Below are positions 18,140 to 27,001 of a stretch of DNA of 43,719 bases, one piece after another. This stretch comes from a virus (lineage: Duplodnaviria; Heunggongvirae; Uroviricota; Caudoviricetes), in IMG/VR virus record IMGVR_UViG_2660238269_000008; one strand, written 5' to 3'. The notes beneath the pieces were generated by a model. The model saw only the letters and a list, made by a program, of their open reading frames with translations. It did not search any database and was not told the DNA's origin. Every line of letters begins with the position of its first letter. The stretch's first letter is position 1. A program made the translations under genes and the position numbers.

Positions 18140-18216
18140 CCGCCATTAGCTCATCGGGATAGAGCGCCAGCCTTCGAAGCTGGCTGCGCGGGGTTCGAGT
18201 CCTCGATGGCGGTCCA
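18140..18216 (+). tRNA. tRNA-Arg (anticodon read as UCG)
   Basis: Hand-folded cloverleaf: acceptor CCGCCAT/ATGGCGG, anticodon stem CCAGC/GCTGG, loop CTTCGAA, T-loop TTCGAGT, 3' CCA. Confidence 0.75.
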
Positions 18217-18494
18217 TTATCTGCATTATGCGTTGTTGGTTCTGATGAGTGAATCATTGTCTTTTGAGCAACAGGCTATCATATAAGATAGCCTCAGACT
18301 TCCTTGTTTATTCTCGCCGGATGCTTCGTAGATATTTGCAGGCATCTGTATGCAGGGGTATTATTGCGGCATATATCATCCGGAAAAATAAAAACTACAT
18401 GCTGATCCGGAGATGATAGTTACAAGTCCTCCCGGATCCCGCATATTTACTATATTTTATAGATAATTGTTCTTGTTAATATGGAGATGGATAA

Positions 18495-18923
18495 ATGTAT
18501 TGCCGTGCTGTACCTGTTCTTGTTTTGATATTAGCCAGTCTGACAACTGGCTGCACAAAAGATGTATCGACAAATAATCATGATGCTTCTCTGTATCACT
18601 CAGATAAATTAATAAAGTCGCAAAATTTGAGCTCATCGGAACGTACCCCTGATGCCAGTGAAGAAATCCGGCAGTATGCCATTCAGGTCAGGAAAGCCAT
18701 AGAAGAACAGTTAAAGGATGCGAGTAAGTATTCAGGAAAAGAGTGTTCACTGAGAATGTATATGGCCCCGAATGGTCTTCTGCTACAGGTTAAAAGAGAA
18801 AGCGGTGATCCCGATTTATGTCGTGAAGCGATGAATGCAGTAAAGAATGCTGATATACCATCACCACCGTCTTCAGGAGTATATAAAGCATTTAGAAATG
18901 GCGTGCTGGATTTTAAACTCTGA
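18495..18923 (+). CDS. Lipoprotein with a TolA C-terminal domain III-like fold
   Basis: Signal peptide with lipobox LTTG-C; residues 60-142 align with E. coli TolA C-terminus (YAGKTCTLRIKLAPDGMLLDIKPEGGDPALCQAA...PKPPSQAVYEVFKNAPLDFKP vs SGKECSLRMYMAPNGLLLQVKRESGDPDLCREA...PSPPSSGVYKAFRNGVLDFKL). Confidence 0.8.
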   Translation: MYCRAVPVLVLILASLTTGCTKDVSTNNHDASLYHSDKLIKSQNLSSSERTPDASEEIRQYAIQVRKAIEEQLKDASKYSGKECSLRMYMAPNGLLLQVKRESGDPDLCREAMNAVKNADIPSPPSSGVYKAFRNGVLDFKL

Positions 18924-18980
18924 CAGGGGGAGAAGATTTTCTCCTGTCCTGATGATTTTGGGGCGCTGGAAAGATATTGT

Positions 18981-19240
18981 TCTGTGAAGTGTTAAATCCC
19001 TCACAATTCAGTAAGTTGACAGTTGCCTGTCAGACTGAGCATTTGTTAAAAAAATTTCGCATGGTGAATCCCCCTGTGCGGAGGGGCGACTGGTGAACGG
19101 TATGATCTCTTTGATGATCGTAAGCGAGAATACGCGGGTTTGGTGTCACCGGGCTGAACTCACCGGGAGGCACCCGGCACCATGCTCATGGTGATACAGA
19201 AATGCGGCTTCAGCCCCTCTCCGGAGGGGCTTTCTTATGG
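18981..19240 (+). repeat. Isolated copy (U1) of the ~250-bp hairpin-rich repeat family, ending in an intrinsic terminator
   Basis: Carries the three conserved modules tgttaaat.cctcaca, catggtgaatccccctgtgcggaggggc and ctcaccgggaggcacccggcaccatg, then gcccctctccggaggggc plus T-rich tail. Confidence 0.8.
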
Positions 19241-19384
19241 ACAAAAAAAGCCCGCGCTGGGAGACGCGGGCGGCAAGGAATAAACAATAAAACGTGAAGT
19301 AATACTTCAACTGGCGAATAATACCCGACAGTAATCACTCTGCGCAATAGCGTGGCCTTTTTCGAATTGCGGGCTGTAGTCTCC

Positions 19385-19556
19385 CTTCTGCCGGGTGTCC
19401 AGGTTGCAGATTTCTTCATGGGGTAGGGTTCGGCAGTTAAAGCAGCGATGGCGCTGGGGCGTCGTGCAACTGGCGTTGAGCTGGATACCGGGCGTTTTGA
19501 ACAGACTGCGCAGGAAATCAGGGATGTATTTAGCGGGAGCGGTTTGCAGAAGTAAT
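19385..19556 (+). pseudogene. 3' remnant of a second, diverged DNA methyltransferase gene
   Basis: High by-eye identity to the 3' end of the intact MTase (17866..18014), ends at an equivalent stop, but has an in-frame TAG in place of the MTase TCG codon and no 5' part. Confidence 0.75.
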
Positions 19557-19618
19557 CTCCCAAAATGCCATTTTTGGAATATACTGGTATTAAGTCTTTT
19601 TGCTCAGGTTAATTCAAA

Positions 19619-20344
19619 ATGGATGTTGCCTGCTCTGTGGTCCTGATTCGCTATCCGATAGATATTTTTCTTGAAAAAGAAAAAGTTTCACTCGATGCCG
19701 GAAGTGTTATGCTTGTTGCCAGAAATATAAGAGGGCTTTTCTGTGCTTATGCCGACAGAGTGAAAATGGCAGATATAAGTAACAGCGTCGTCAATCAGTA
19801 TCTGGAAAGGGAGTGTGAACTGACGGAGTATACACCGACAAAAATGCCTCTTTATTTGATGTCTGATATTTACAATACGGAACTGGCGGAGGCTTTAATA
19901 ACCCAGCATAGTGAATCCAGTGATACTTTGAAGGATTTCTCTGTTATAACCGCATTTTCATGTATCTCCTTATTTGCAACAGACAGACGTCTGCCATTAT
20001 TTTTGTCCGGTGCTGTAAATAATATCAGCTGTAAAGTAAGGGCTATAATTCAGACCGACATATCGGCAGGCTGGATGCTTGGTGTGATTGCATTACAATT
20101 GCATATGAGCGAAAGCTTGTTGAAGCGAAAACTTAAGGATGAAGGTTATAGCTTTAGTCGGTTGTTGCTGGAGGAGCGAATGCGTGTTGCTGTTAATCTT
20201 GTATGTTTCCAGCGAGAGTGTGGACAAGCGATAGCGGAAAAATGTGGTTACTCAAGTAAGTCCTACTTCATTTCTGTATTTCACCAGTATTATGGTGCAC
20301 CACCTGAGAGCTATGCATATTTGCAGAAAGCAGACGTTATCTGA
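19619..20344 (+). CDS. AraC/XylS-family transcriptional regulator, AppY/EnvY/AdiY-like
   Basis: C-terminal dual HTH aligns with EnvY/AppY (..CGYSS.SYFISVF...YG..P..Y); 241 aa; AT-rich. Confidence 0.8.
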   Translation: MDVACSVVLIRYPIDIFLEKEKVSLDAGSVMLVARNIRGLFCAYADRVKMADISNSVVNQYLERECELTEYTPTKMPLYLMSDIYNTELAEALITQHSESSDTLKDFSVITAFSCISLFATDRRLPLFLSGAVNNISCKVRAIIQTDISAGWMLGVIALQLHMSESLLKRKLKDEGYSFSRLLLEERMRVAVNLVCFQRECGQAIAEKCGYSSKSYFISVFHQYYGAPPESYAYLQKADVI

Positions 20345-20433
20345 TGTTTTTTCATCAGGCATATATTGATTGACTGTATTAGATATAGTCTGAATGTGTT
20401 CAGCATAAAAAGTTATAATCATTTGGTGTTTGC

Positions 20434-20712
20434 GTGAATATTGATGAGAAAATCAGATGTAGCCAACTGTTACAGCGTATTGAAGCCGTCAATGTGGAAC
20501 GAACAAAGGTCTTCAGTCGTCTGACAGTTTTATTTTGTACCCCTGATCGACGTTCAGGTCAGGAGATGGTTCTTCTGGATGTAGATGCACTTCGGAACGT
20601 CTGTGAGGAGTTCACCGCGGCTAATTCGGAGTTACTGAGTCTTGTTCAGGAGTACAACAGAATTGCAGGTAGTAACGGTTTTGATGAAATCAAAATTATA
20701 TCCCGTGGATAA
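20434..20712 (+). CDS. Small hypothetical protein (92 aa) downstream of the AraC-like regulator
   Basis: ORF with GTG start; same strand as the regulator. Confidence 0.4.
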   Translation: MNIDEKIRCSQLLQRIEAVNVERTKVFSRLTVLFCTPDRRSGQEMVLLDVDALRNVCEEFTAANSELLSLVQEYNRIAGSNGFDEIKIISRG

Positions 20713-20954
20713 AACATATCCTGTATATTTATGTTGTTACATACAGGCGCTTTTAGTATCTGCCGCACGGCAGTTGTACTTCAGAATAAGATGCTTTTGT
20801 GACTGGTGGTGTTGTATCTGGGGTTAGCCAGTAGGCAGGTTCAGAGAGTCCGGTGGTAATTATGTGTATGCAGTGGTTGTTGCTGTACCGTGGGCAAGTT
20901 CTGGAACTGGCTTCGTCCATTGTAGATGATTGTTAGCTGGATATCAGTTACCTC

Positions 20955-21980
20955 ATGGAAATGTTAAATGACTCACAATTCGGTTGATGGGCTATTGTCT
21001 GATCGATGGAAGTCTTGTAAAAACGAGCCAGCATAGTGAATCCCCCTGTGCGGAGGGGCGTCTGACATGGTCTCCATAGCGATGGTCACAATACGCAGAT
21101 TCAGTAGTCAGGCTGAATCTACCGGGAGGCACCCGGCACTATGCTGCTTATGGTGTATACATAGCGATCGGCCCCTCTCCGGAGGGGCTTTTTTTGTGCG
21201 GGAAAAGGCTGTGTTGTTAAGTGTTAAATTCCTCACAGTTCAGATGGTTGATGCTTGCCTGTCTGAGGGGGAGTTGTTAAAAAAGTTCTGCATGGTGAAT
21301 CCCCCTGTGCGGAGGGGCGACTGGTGTGATTTGCATCTTTTCTGTTGTAGGCAATGCAAACGCGGGTTCAGGGACACCAGACTGGACTCACCGGGAGGCA
21401 CCCGGCACCATGTTCATGATGATACAGATACGCAGTGTCAGCCCCTCTCCTGAGGGGCTTTTTTATGCAGGAAAAACGCTGTGTTGTGAAATGTTAAATT
21501 CCTCACAGTTCAGATGGTTGATGCTTGCCTGTCTTACGGGGAGTTGTTAAAAAAGTTCTGCATGGTGAATCCCCCTGAGCGGAGGGGCATATCAGCGCAG
21601 GTGTTTCTACTCTATCCTTTCTGTGCGGGTTCAGGTGCTGATACTGAACTCACCGGGAGGCACCCGGCATCATGCATATGGTTAACAGACACGTAGCGAA
21701 GCCCCTCTCCGGAGGGGCTTTTTTATGCAGGGAAAAGGCTGTGTTGTGAAATGTTAAATTCCTCACAATTCATGAGGTTGATGATTGTCTGATTGATGAG
21801 GAGTTTGTTAAAAAAAACGGGCATGGTGAATCCCCCTGTGCGGAGGGGTGATATCGTATCATTTCCTGTGTGGCCGACTGATATCACGGACATTTGTTCA
21901 CCGGGAGGCACCCGGCACCATGCAGTATACAGAGATTAGGCATACATCCAGGCTCCTCATCGCAGGAGCCTTTTTACATG
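20955..21980 (+). repeat. Tandem array of four ~250-bp units (U2-U5) of the hairpin-rich repeat family; candidate structured ncRNA genes
   Basis: Units at about 20955-21196, 21205-21465, 21481-21726, 21741-21980; same conserved modules in each; variable segments keep self-complementarity; each unit ends in a terminator hairpin plus T-run. Confidence 0.8.
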
Positions 21981-22208
21981 TAAAAAAAAACCGCTCCTGG
22001 GAAGAGCGGTTGGCAAGGAAGCAAGGAATAAATAACAAAACGTGAAGTAATTTATTCAGCACCCTAATAATACCTTAGAGTAATCACCTTGCGCAACTGT
22101 AAGGGCGTATTTCTTTTTTGCGGGCTGTTTTTCTGTGTGACTTTTGTGTTTCCGGAGGTCAGCCCGTGCCTTCTCTGACTCAGAACATTATCCCGGCCGG
22201 GAGGATTC

Positions 22209-24173
22209 ATGGCATTTAAACACTACGATGTGGTCAGGGCGGCATCGCCGTCAGACCTTGCTGAACGACTGACACAAAAACTGAAGGAGGGCTGGCAGCC
22301 ATTTGGCAGTCCGGTGGCCATCACGCCTTATACCCTGATGCAGGCCATTGCGGCGGAAGGTGATGTCACCACACCAGTGGCGGTGACCGGTAATGAGGGT
22401 AAGGCGGTGGCTGTCAGTGCCACCAGCGACCCGGAGTATTACTTTGTTGTGGTTCTGGCAGGGCAGTCAAATGGCATGTCGTATGGTGAAGGTCTTCCGC
22501 TGCCGGAGACATATGACCGTCCGGACCCGCGTATTAAGCAGCTGGCGCGCCGCAGTACGGTGACACCGGGCGGTGTCGCCTGTAAATATAACGACATCAT
22601 TCCGGCGGACCATTGTCTGCATGATGTGCAGGACATGAGCCGTCTTAACCATCCGAAAGCGGACCTGTCAAAAGGGCAGTACGGAACCGTGGGGCAGGGG
22701 CTGCATATCGCCAAAAAACTGCTGCCGTTTATACCGGCGAATGCGGGTATTCTGCTGGTTCCGTGCTGTCGTGGTGGTTCAGCGTTCACCACCGGAGCTG
22801 ATGGCACATACAGTGACGCTGGCGGTGCCTCGGAGAATTCAGCGCGCTGGGGTGTGGACAAGCCGCTGTATAAGGACCTTATCGGTCGAACAAAAGCAGC
22901 ACTGAAGAAGAACCCGAAAAATGTGCTGTTTACCGTGGTGTGGATGCAGGGGGAATTTGATTTTGACGGCACGCCCGGAAATCACGCAGCACAGTTTGGT
23001 GCGCTGGTTGATAAATTCCGTGCAGACCTGGCGGATATGGCAGGCCAGTGCGTCAGTGGCTCTGCTGGCAGTGTTCCCTGGATATGCGGGGACACGACGT
23101 ATTTCTGGAAGCAGAAGAACGAATCCACGTACCAGACGGTGTACGGCAGCTATAAAAACAAAACGGAAAAGAATATCCATTTCGTACCGTTCATGACGGA
23201 TGAGAACGGGGTGAATGTGCCGACGAACAAACCGGAAGAAGACCCGGACATTCCGGGTATCGGGTATTACGGTTCGAAATGGCGTGACAGCTCAGCCACC
23301 TGGACGTCACAGGACAGGGCGAGCCATTTCAGCACCTGGGCACGCCGGGGGATTATTTCCGACCGTCTGGCAACGGCGATTCTGGTGCACGCCGGGAGAA
23401 CCGCTGAATTCATTACCGGAAAACAGCCTGATATGGTGAAGCCCACCGTACCTTCCGGTGAAGGTCCGGAGAGAGAGGCGGAAGCCCCGGTCAGTAACCG
23501 AACCCTGATGAGTCTGCTGGCATCCGGCGAAGACCTGGCATCACAGGGCTGGCGCTATTATCACAAACCGGCGGGCGGAGACAGTGTTAACAAAAACATT
23601 GCTGAAGCGGTGGTCAGTGATGCGGGGGCTACGGGAGGTAAGGCTCTGCAACTGAACAAACCGGAAAACCACATCTGGTTTCTGGAGCATGATGCAGCCG
23701 GACAGGGTGCGGAGTTACTGAAGAAGGGCGGACGTGTGAGCGTACGGTTTAAGTTGCCGGGTTCACTGGTGCCGAATCAGTTTGCCCTGGGCATTTACTG
23801 GCAGTTGTCGTCCCTGCCGGAGGGGGTGACGCTGTCAGGAGAAGGTAACGATATGCTGATGTCCTTCTTCCTGCAGACGGATACGACGAACCTGAACGCG
23901 ATGCATCACAGGAAGCCGAATGCGAAGCTGGATACATTCGGGGTCTTTGATAACGGATGGCACACGCTGGCTTTTGAGTTTGCCGGAAACAACAGCATTC
24001 AGGTGACACCTGTACTGGATGAGAAACGGGGAGCGGCGTTCACACTGGTGAAGTCACCGGCATCGGGGGCGGCGGACAAACTGCAACTGACCGATATATC
24101 AAAATCGGCGACGTATACGCTGCTGATTGACAGCATTGCGGTGGAAGTGAACAGCACAGACACTGCGGCATGA
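22209..24173 (+). CDS. nanS-p: Prophage 9-O-acetyl-sialate esterase NanS-p (SGNH/SASA esterase)
   Basis: 654 aa; GQSNGMSYG esterase motif; size and position (immediately upstream of the lysis cassette) match the NanS-p genes that follow stx in Stx phages. Confidence 0.75.
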   Translation: MAFKHYDVVRAASPSDLAERLTQKLKEGWQPFGSPVAITPYTLMQAIAAEGDVTTPVAVTGNEGKAVAVSATSDPEYYFVVVLAGQSNGMSYGEGLPLPETYDRPDPRIKQLARRSTVTPGGVACKYNDIIPADHCLHDVQDMSRLNHPKADLSKGQYGTVGQGLHIAKKLLPFIPANAGILLVPCCRGGSAFTTGADGTYSDAGGASENSARWGVDKPLYKDLIGRTKAALKKNPKNVLFTVVWMQGEFDFDGTPGNHAAQFGALVDKFRADLADMAGQCVSGSAGSVPWICGDTTYFWKQKNESTYQTVYGSYKNKTEKNIHFVPFMTDENGVNVPTNKPEEDPDIPGIGYYGSKWRDSSATWTSQDRASHFSTWARRGIISDRLATAILVHAGRTAEFITGKQPDMVKPTVPSGEGPEREAEAPVSNRTLMSLLASGEDLASQGWRYYHKPAGGDSVNKNIAEAVVSDAGATGGKALQLNKPENHIWFLEHDAAGQGAELLKKGGRVSVRFKLPGSLVPNQFALGIYWQLSSLPEGVTLSGEGNDMLMSFFLQTDTTNLNAMHHRKPNAKLDTFGVFDNGWHTLAFEFAGNNSIQVTPVLDEKRGAAFTLVKSPASGAADKLQLTDISKSATYTLLIDSIAVEVNSTDTAA

Positions 24174-24541
24174 TAAAAAAGCCGCCAGTTACCGGAATGG
24201 ACTGGCGGGTGAGCTCTATGGACACTCCAGAGAAACATTTTTGTACATGAATATTTTTAAATGAAAAATATTCTTATTGTCAATATGTGTCAGCGGTATT
24301 TGCGGGGCAAAAAAATCCACCAATAAGCACAAGGAGAAATGCGTCATGCTTCTGGTGGAAATAGTACGGCTGTGAGGTTTTATTGTTATGCATGCCATAA
24401 TTTTTCTACACAAAAGCGATTCTTAATGTCAACACGTTTGACAGGGAATTGTTGAGCACTCAGAGTAACTACACGAGGCTGTCAGTGGTGCACTGGCGGC
24501 CTTTTTCATGTTGTGAGCTTCCGGATTGCGGGAGACGGGGT

Positions 24542-24757
24542 ATGTACCAGATGGAAAAAATCACAACAGGTGTGTCATACACCACGTCAGCGGTGGGAAC
24601 GGGCTACTGGTTCCTGCAGTTGCTGGACAGGGTTTCCCCGTCTCAGTGGGCGGCAATAGGCGTGCTGGGGAGTCTGCTGTTTGGTCTGCTGACGTACCTG
24701 ACGAACCTGTATTTCAAAATTAAAGAAGACCGTCGTAAGGCGGCGCGGGGAGAGTAA
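24542..24757 (+). CDS. S: Class II holin (phage 21 S21-type pinholin) with dual-start motif
   Basis: [71 protein letters not shown] closely matches S21. Confidence 0.9.
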   Translation: MYQMEKITTGVSYTTSAVGTGYWFLQLLDRVSPSQWAAIGVLGSLLFGLLTYLTNLYFKIKEDRRKAARGE

Positions 24758-24761
24758 GCTG

Positions 24762-25295
24762 ATGAGCAGGAAATTCCGCTATGGTTTATCAGCGGTCGTT
24801 CTGGCGCTGATTGCTGCAGGTGCTTCTGCGCCTGAAATCCTCGACCAGTTTCTTGACGAAAAAGAAGGTAACCACACCACGGCATACCGTGATGGTGCGG
24901 GTATCTGGACCATCTGCCGTGGTGCCACCCGGGTGGATGGTAAGCCTGTCGTCCCCGGCATGAAGTTGTCGAAGGAAAAATGCGACCAGGTTAACGCCAT
25001 TGAACGTGATAAGGCGCTGGCATGGGTGGCGAAAAACATCAGAGTGCCACTGACCGAACCTCAGAAAGCGGGGAGCGCGTCATTCTGTCCTTACAACATT
25101 GGCCCCGGTAAGTGTTTCCCGTCGACGTTTTATAAACGAATTAATGCAGGCGATCGCAGGGGAGCGTGTGAAGCGATTCGCTGGTGGATTAAGGACGGTG
25201 GGCGTGATTGCCGCACACGTTCAAATAACTGCTACGGACAGGTTATTCGTCGTGACCAGGAAAGCGCATTAGCTTGTTGGGGGATAGATCAGTGA
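24762..25295 (+). CDS. R: SAR endolysin (lysozyme, R21-like)
   Basis: N-terminal signal-anchor-release segment [20 protein letters not shown] followed by lysozyme-like domain; follows the pinholin. Confidence 0.9.
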   Translation: MSRKFRYGLSAVVLALIAAGASAPEILDQFLDEKEGNHTTAYRDGAGIWTICRGATRVDGKPVVPGMKLSKEKCDQVNAIERDKALAWVAKNIRVPLTEPQKAGSASFCPYNIGPGKCFPSTFYKRINAGDRRGACEAIRWWIKDGGRDCRTRSNNCYGQVIRRDQESALACWGIDQ

Positions 25296-25759
25296 GAAGA
25301 GTAACCGCGATTATTTACGCTCTGGTTATCTGCATCATCGTCTGTCTGTTATGGGCTGTTAATCATTACCGCGATAACGCCATCACCTACAAAGCGCAGC
25401 GCGATAAAAAAGTCAGTGAGCTGGAGCTGGCAAATGCAACCATTACTGATATGCAGCAGCGCCAGCGTGATGTTGCTGCACTTGATGCCAGATACTCGAG
25501 GGAATTAGCCGATGCGAGAGCTGAAAATGAAACTCTGCGTGCTGATGTTGCCGCTGGTCGTAAGCGCCTGCGGATCAACGCCACCTGCCCCGGTACCGTG
25601 CGTGAAGCCACCGGCACCTCCGGCGTGGGCAATGATGCCGCCGTCGAACTCTCTCCGGTTGCTGGACGAAACGTTCTCGGTATCAGAGACGGAATCATCA
25701 GCGACCAGGCAGCATTGAGAATGCTTCAGGAATATATCCGCACTCAGTGTATTAACTAG
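25292..25759 (+). CDS. Rz: i-spanin Rz
   Basis: [39 protein letters not shown]... matches lambda Rz; GTG start overlapping the end of R. Confidence 0.85.
   Translation: MRRVTAIIYALVICIIVCLLWAVNHYRDNAITYKAQRDKKVSELELANATITDMQQRQRDVAALDARYSRELADARAENETLRADVAAGRKRLRINATCPGTVREATGTSGVGNDAAVELSPVAGRNVLGIRDGIISDQAALRMLQEYIRTQCIN
25512..25718 (+). CDS. Rz1: o-spanin Rz1 lipoprotein embedded in the +1 frame of Rz
   Basis: [15 protein letters not shown] lipobox and proline-rich [10 protein letters not shown]; nested inside Rz. Confidence 0.8.
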   Translation: MRELKMKLCVLMLPLVVSACGSTPPAPVPCVKPPAPPAWAMMPPSNSLRLLDETFSVSETESSATRQH

Positions 25760-25782
25760 TATTTTTGTTATTCGGAGAATGC

Positions 25783-26007
25783 ATGAAGAAATTACTGGTA
25801 ACCGTAAAGCCTTTTCAGGGAACAATTCCGTTCCGTATTTTGCAGCGTGGTCGTGTTCTTGTTGAAGGTTCGTTCAGTGGTAAATGTACGCAATTACACT
25901 CCCGGACCTTTCAGGTGAATGCCACGAATGAAGAGCTAACCGTTGAGTATACGATGAATGCCGCTAAATTCCGCATGGTATCCGCTGCATTACAGCCAGT
26001 GTGTTGA
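25783..26007 (+). CDS. Small hypothetical protein (74 aa) after the lysis cassette
   Basis: ATG at 25783 with GGAGAA upstream; within ORF 25765..26007. Confidence 0.4.
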   Translation: MKKLLVTVKPFQGTIPFRILQRGRVLVEGSFSGKCTQLHSRTFQVNATNEELTVEYTMNAAKFRMVSAALQPVC

Positions 26008-26254
26008 GCGACCTTATTATTCATGCGCGGTATTGTCGCCGTATTCCTGCATTAACAGAGACCGCAGCCCGACCGGGAGACTCCTCTGCGCGAGTGTGCG
26101 GGGATAATCAAAAACGATACACACCGGGGTTTACCGCGTTAACGGAGCGCGGCGTTGTCCCCTCATGGTCGCTGGTCCGGTGCGATGGTGGAAGAAACTG
26201 GATTTTGTTGCAACTGATAACCATTATCATTTTCGCGGGTCCTTTCCGGCGATC

Positions 26255-26290
26255 CGGGCCGTTACGGGGCGGCGACCTCGCGCGTTTTCA
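26255..26290. other. cos: cos site (cosN) with lambda-type cohesive-end sequence
   Basis: GGGCGGCGACCT at 26266..26277 followed by CGCGTTTTCACTATTTATGAAAATTTTC, matching the lambda cos region as recalled; upstream of nu1. Confidence 0.8.
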
Positions 26291-26452
26291 CTATTTATGA
26301 AAATTTTCTGGGGAAAATCATGTCGGTACTGATTATATGTAATGTATTGTTTTTAAACGGTACGTAAGAAAAAAGGACCGTCACAGGTGCGTGGAAGAAA
26401 GGCATTTTCAGGCCGTTTTGTGTCGTAACTGATTTTTGAATGAGGTTGTTGT

Positions 26453-27001
26453 ATGAATGTTAACAAAAAGAACCTTGCGGAAATGTTTAATGTTGATCCG
26501 CGTACAATTGAACGCTGGCAAACTCAGGGGCTCCCTCAGATATCTGGTGGAGGAAAAGGTATTGAGATCATTTTTGATTCTGCGAAGGCGATCGAATGGT
26601 ATGCGCAGCGTGAAGCCGATATTGAAAACGAAAAACTCCGTAAAGAGGTCGAAGATTTGAGAGCTGCCAGCGAGACTGACCTTCAGCCTGGTACCATTGA
26701 TTACGAACGTTACCGACTGACGAAGGCACAGGCAGATGCACAGGAACTGAAAAATGCCCGCGACAGTGGGCAGGTGATTGATACTGGTTTTTGTATGTAT
26801 GCACTGGCGCGTCTTGCGCAGGACATTTCCGGTATTCTTGACAGTATTCCACTGTATATGCAGAGACAATTCCCTGAATTTCCCCCTTCCGCCCTTGAGT
26901 TTTTGAAATCGGAGATAGCAAAAGCATCTAACAAGTGTGCGGATACTGCAGATGGGTTACCAGATATGCTTGCAGACTACATTAGAGAGTCAAATTCATA
27001 A
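26453..27001 (+). CDS. nu1: Terminase small subunit Nu1
   Basis: [28 protein letters not shown]... closely matches lambda Nu1. Confidence 0.95.
   Translation: MNVNKKNLAEMFNVDPRTIERWQTQGLPQISGGGKGIEIIFDSAKAIEWYAQREADIENEKLRKEVEDLRAASETDLQPGTIDYERYRLTKAQADAQELKNARDSGQVIDTGFCMYALARLAQDISGILDSIPLYMQRQFPEFPPSALEFLKSEIAKASNKCADTADGLPDMLADYIRESNS

Noticed and set aside
18217-18494. A third tRNA (Stx phages carry ileZ-argN-argO)
   Set aside because: No acceptor stem or T-loop (TTCRA) pattern found after the second tRNA; only two tRNAs are supported.
21067-21696. ORFs running through the repeat units (21067..21453, 21326..21550, 21514..21696)
   Set aside because: The reading frame is not conserved between copies (U1 stops after 11 codons, U4 changes frame at hairpin B), so conservation looks like RNA structure rather than protein coding.
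18981-21980. Possibility that the tandem repeats are a CRISPR array
   Set aside because: Units are ~250 bp with internal conserved and variable blocks and T-run terminators; there is no short repeat/spacer periodicity.
22439-23180. Minus-strand ORFs inside nanS-p
   Set aside because: Antisense to a 654-aa ORF with esterase motifs; no independent support.
16956-24173. Shiga toxin genes between the tRNAs and nanS-p
   Set aside because: No ORF with StxA/StxB-like size or sequence is present; the slot holds other cargo.
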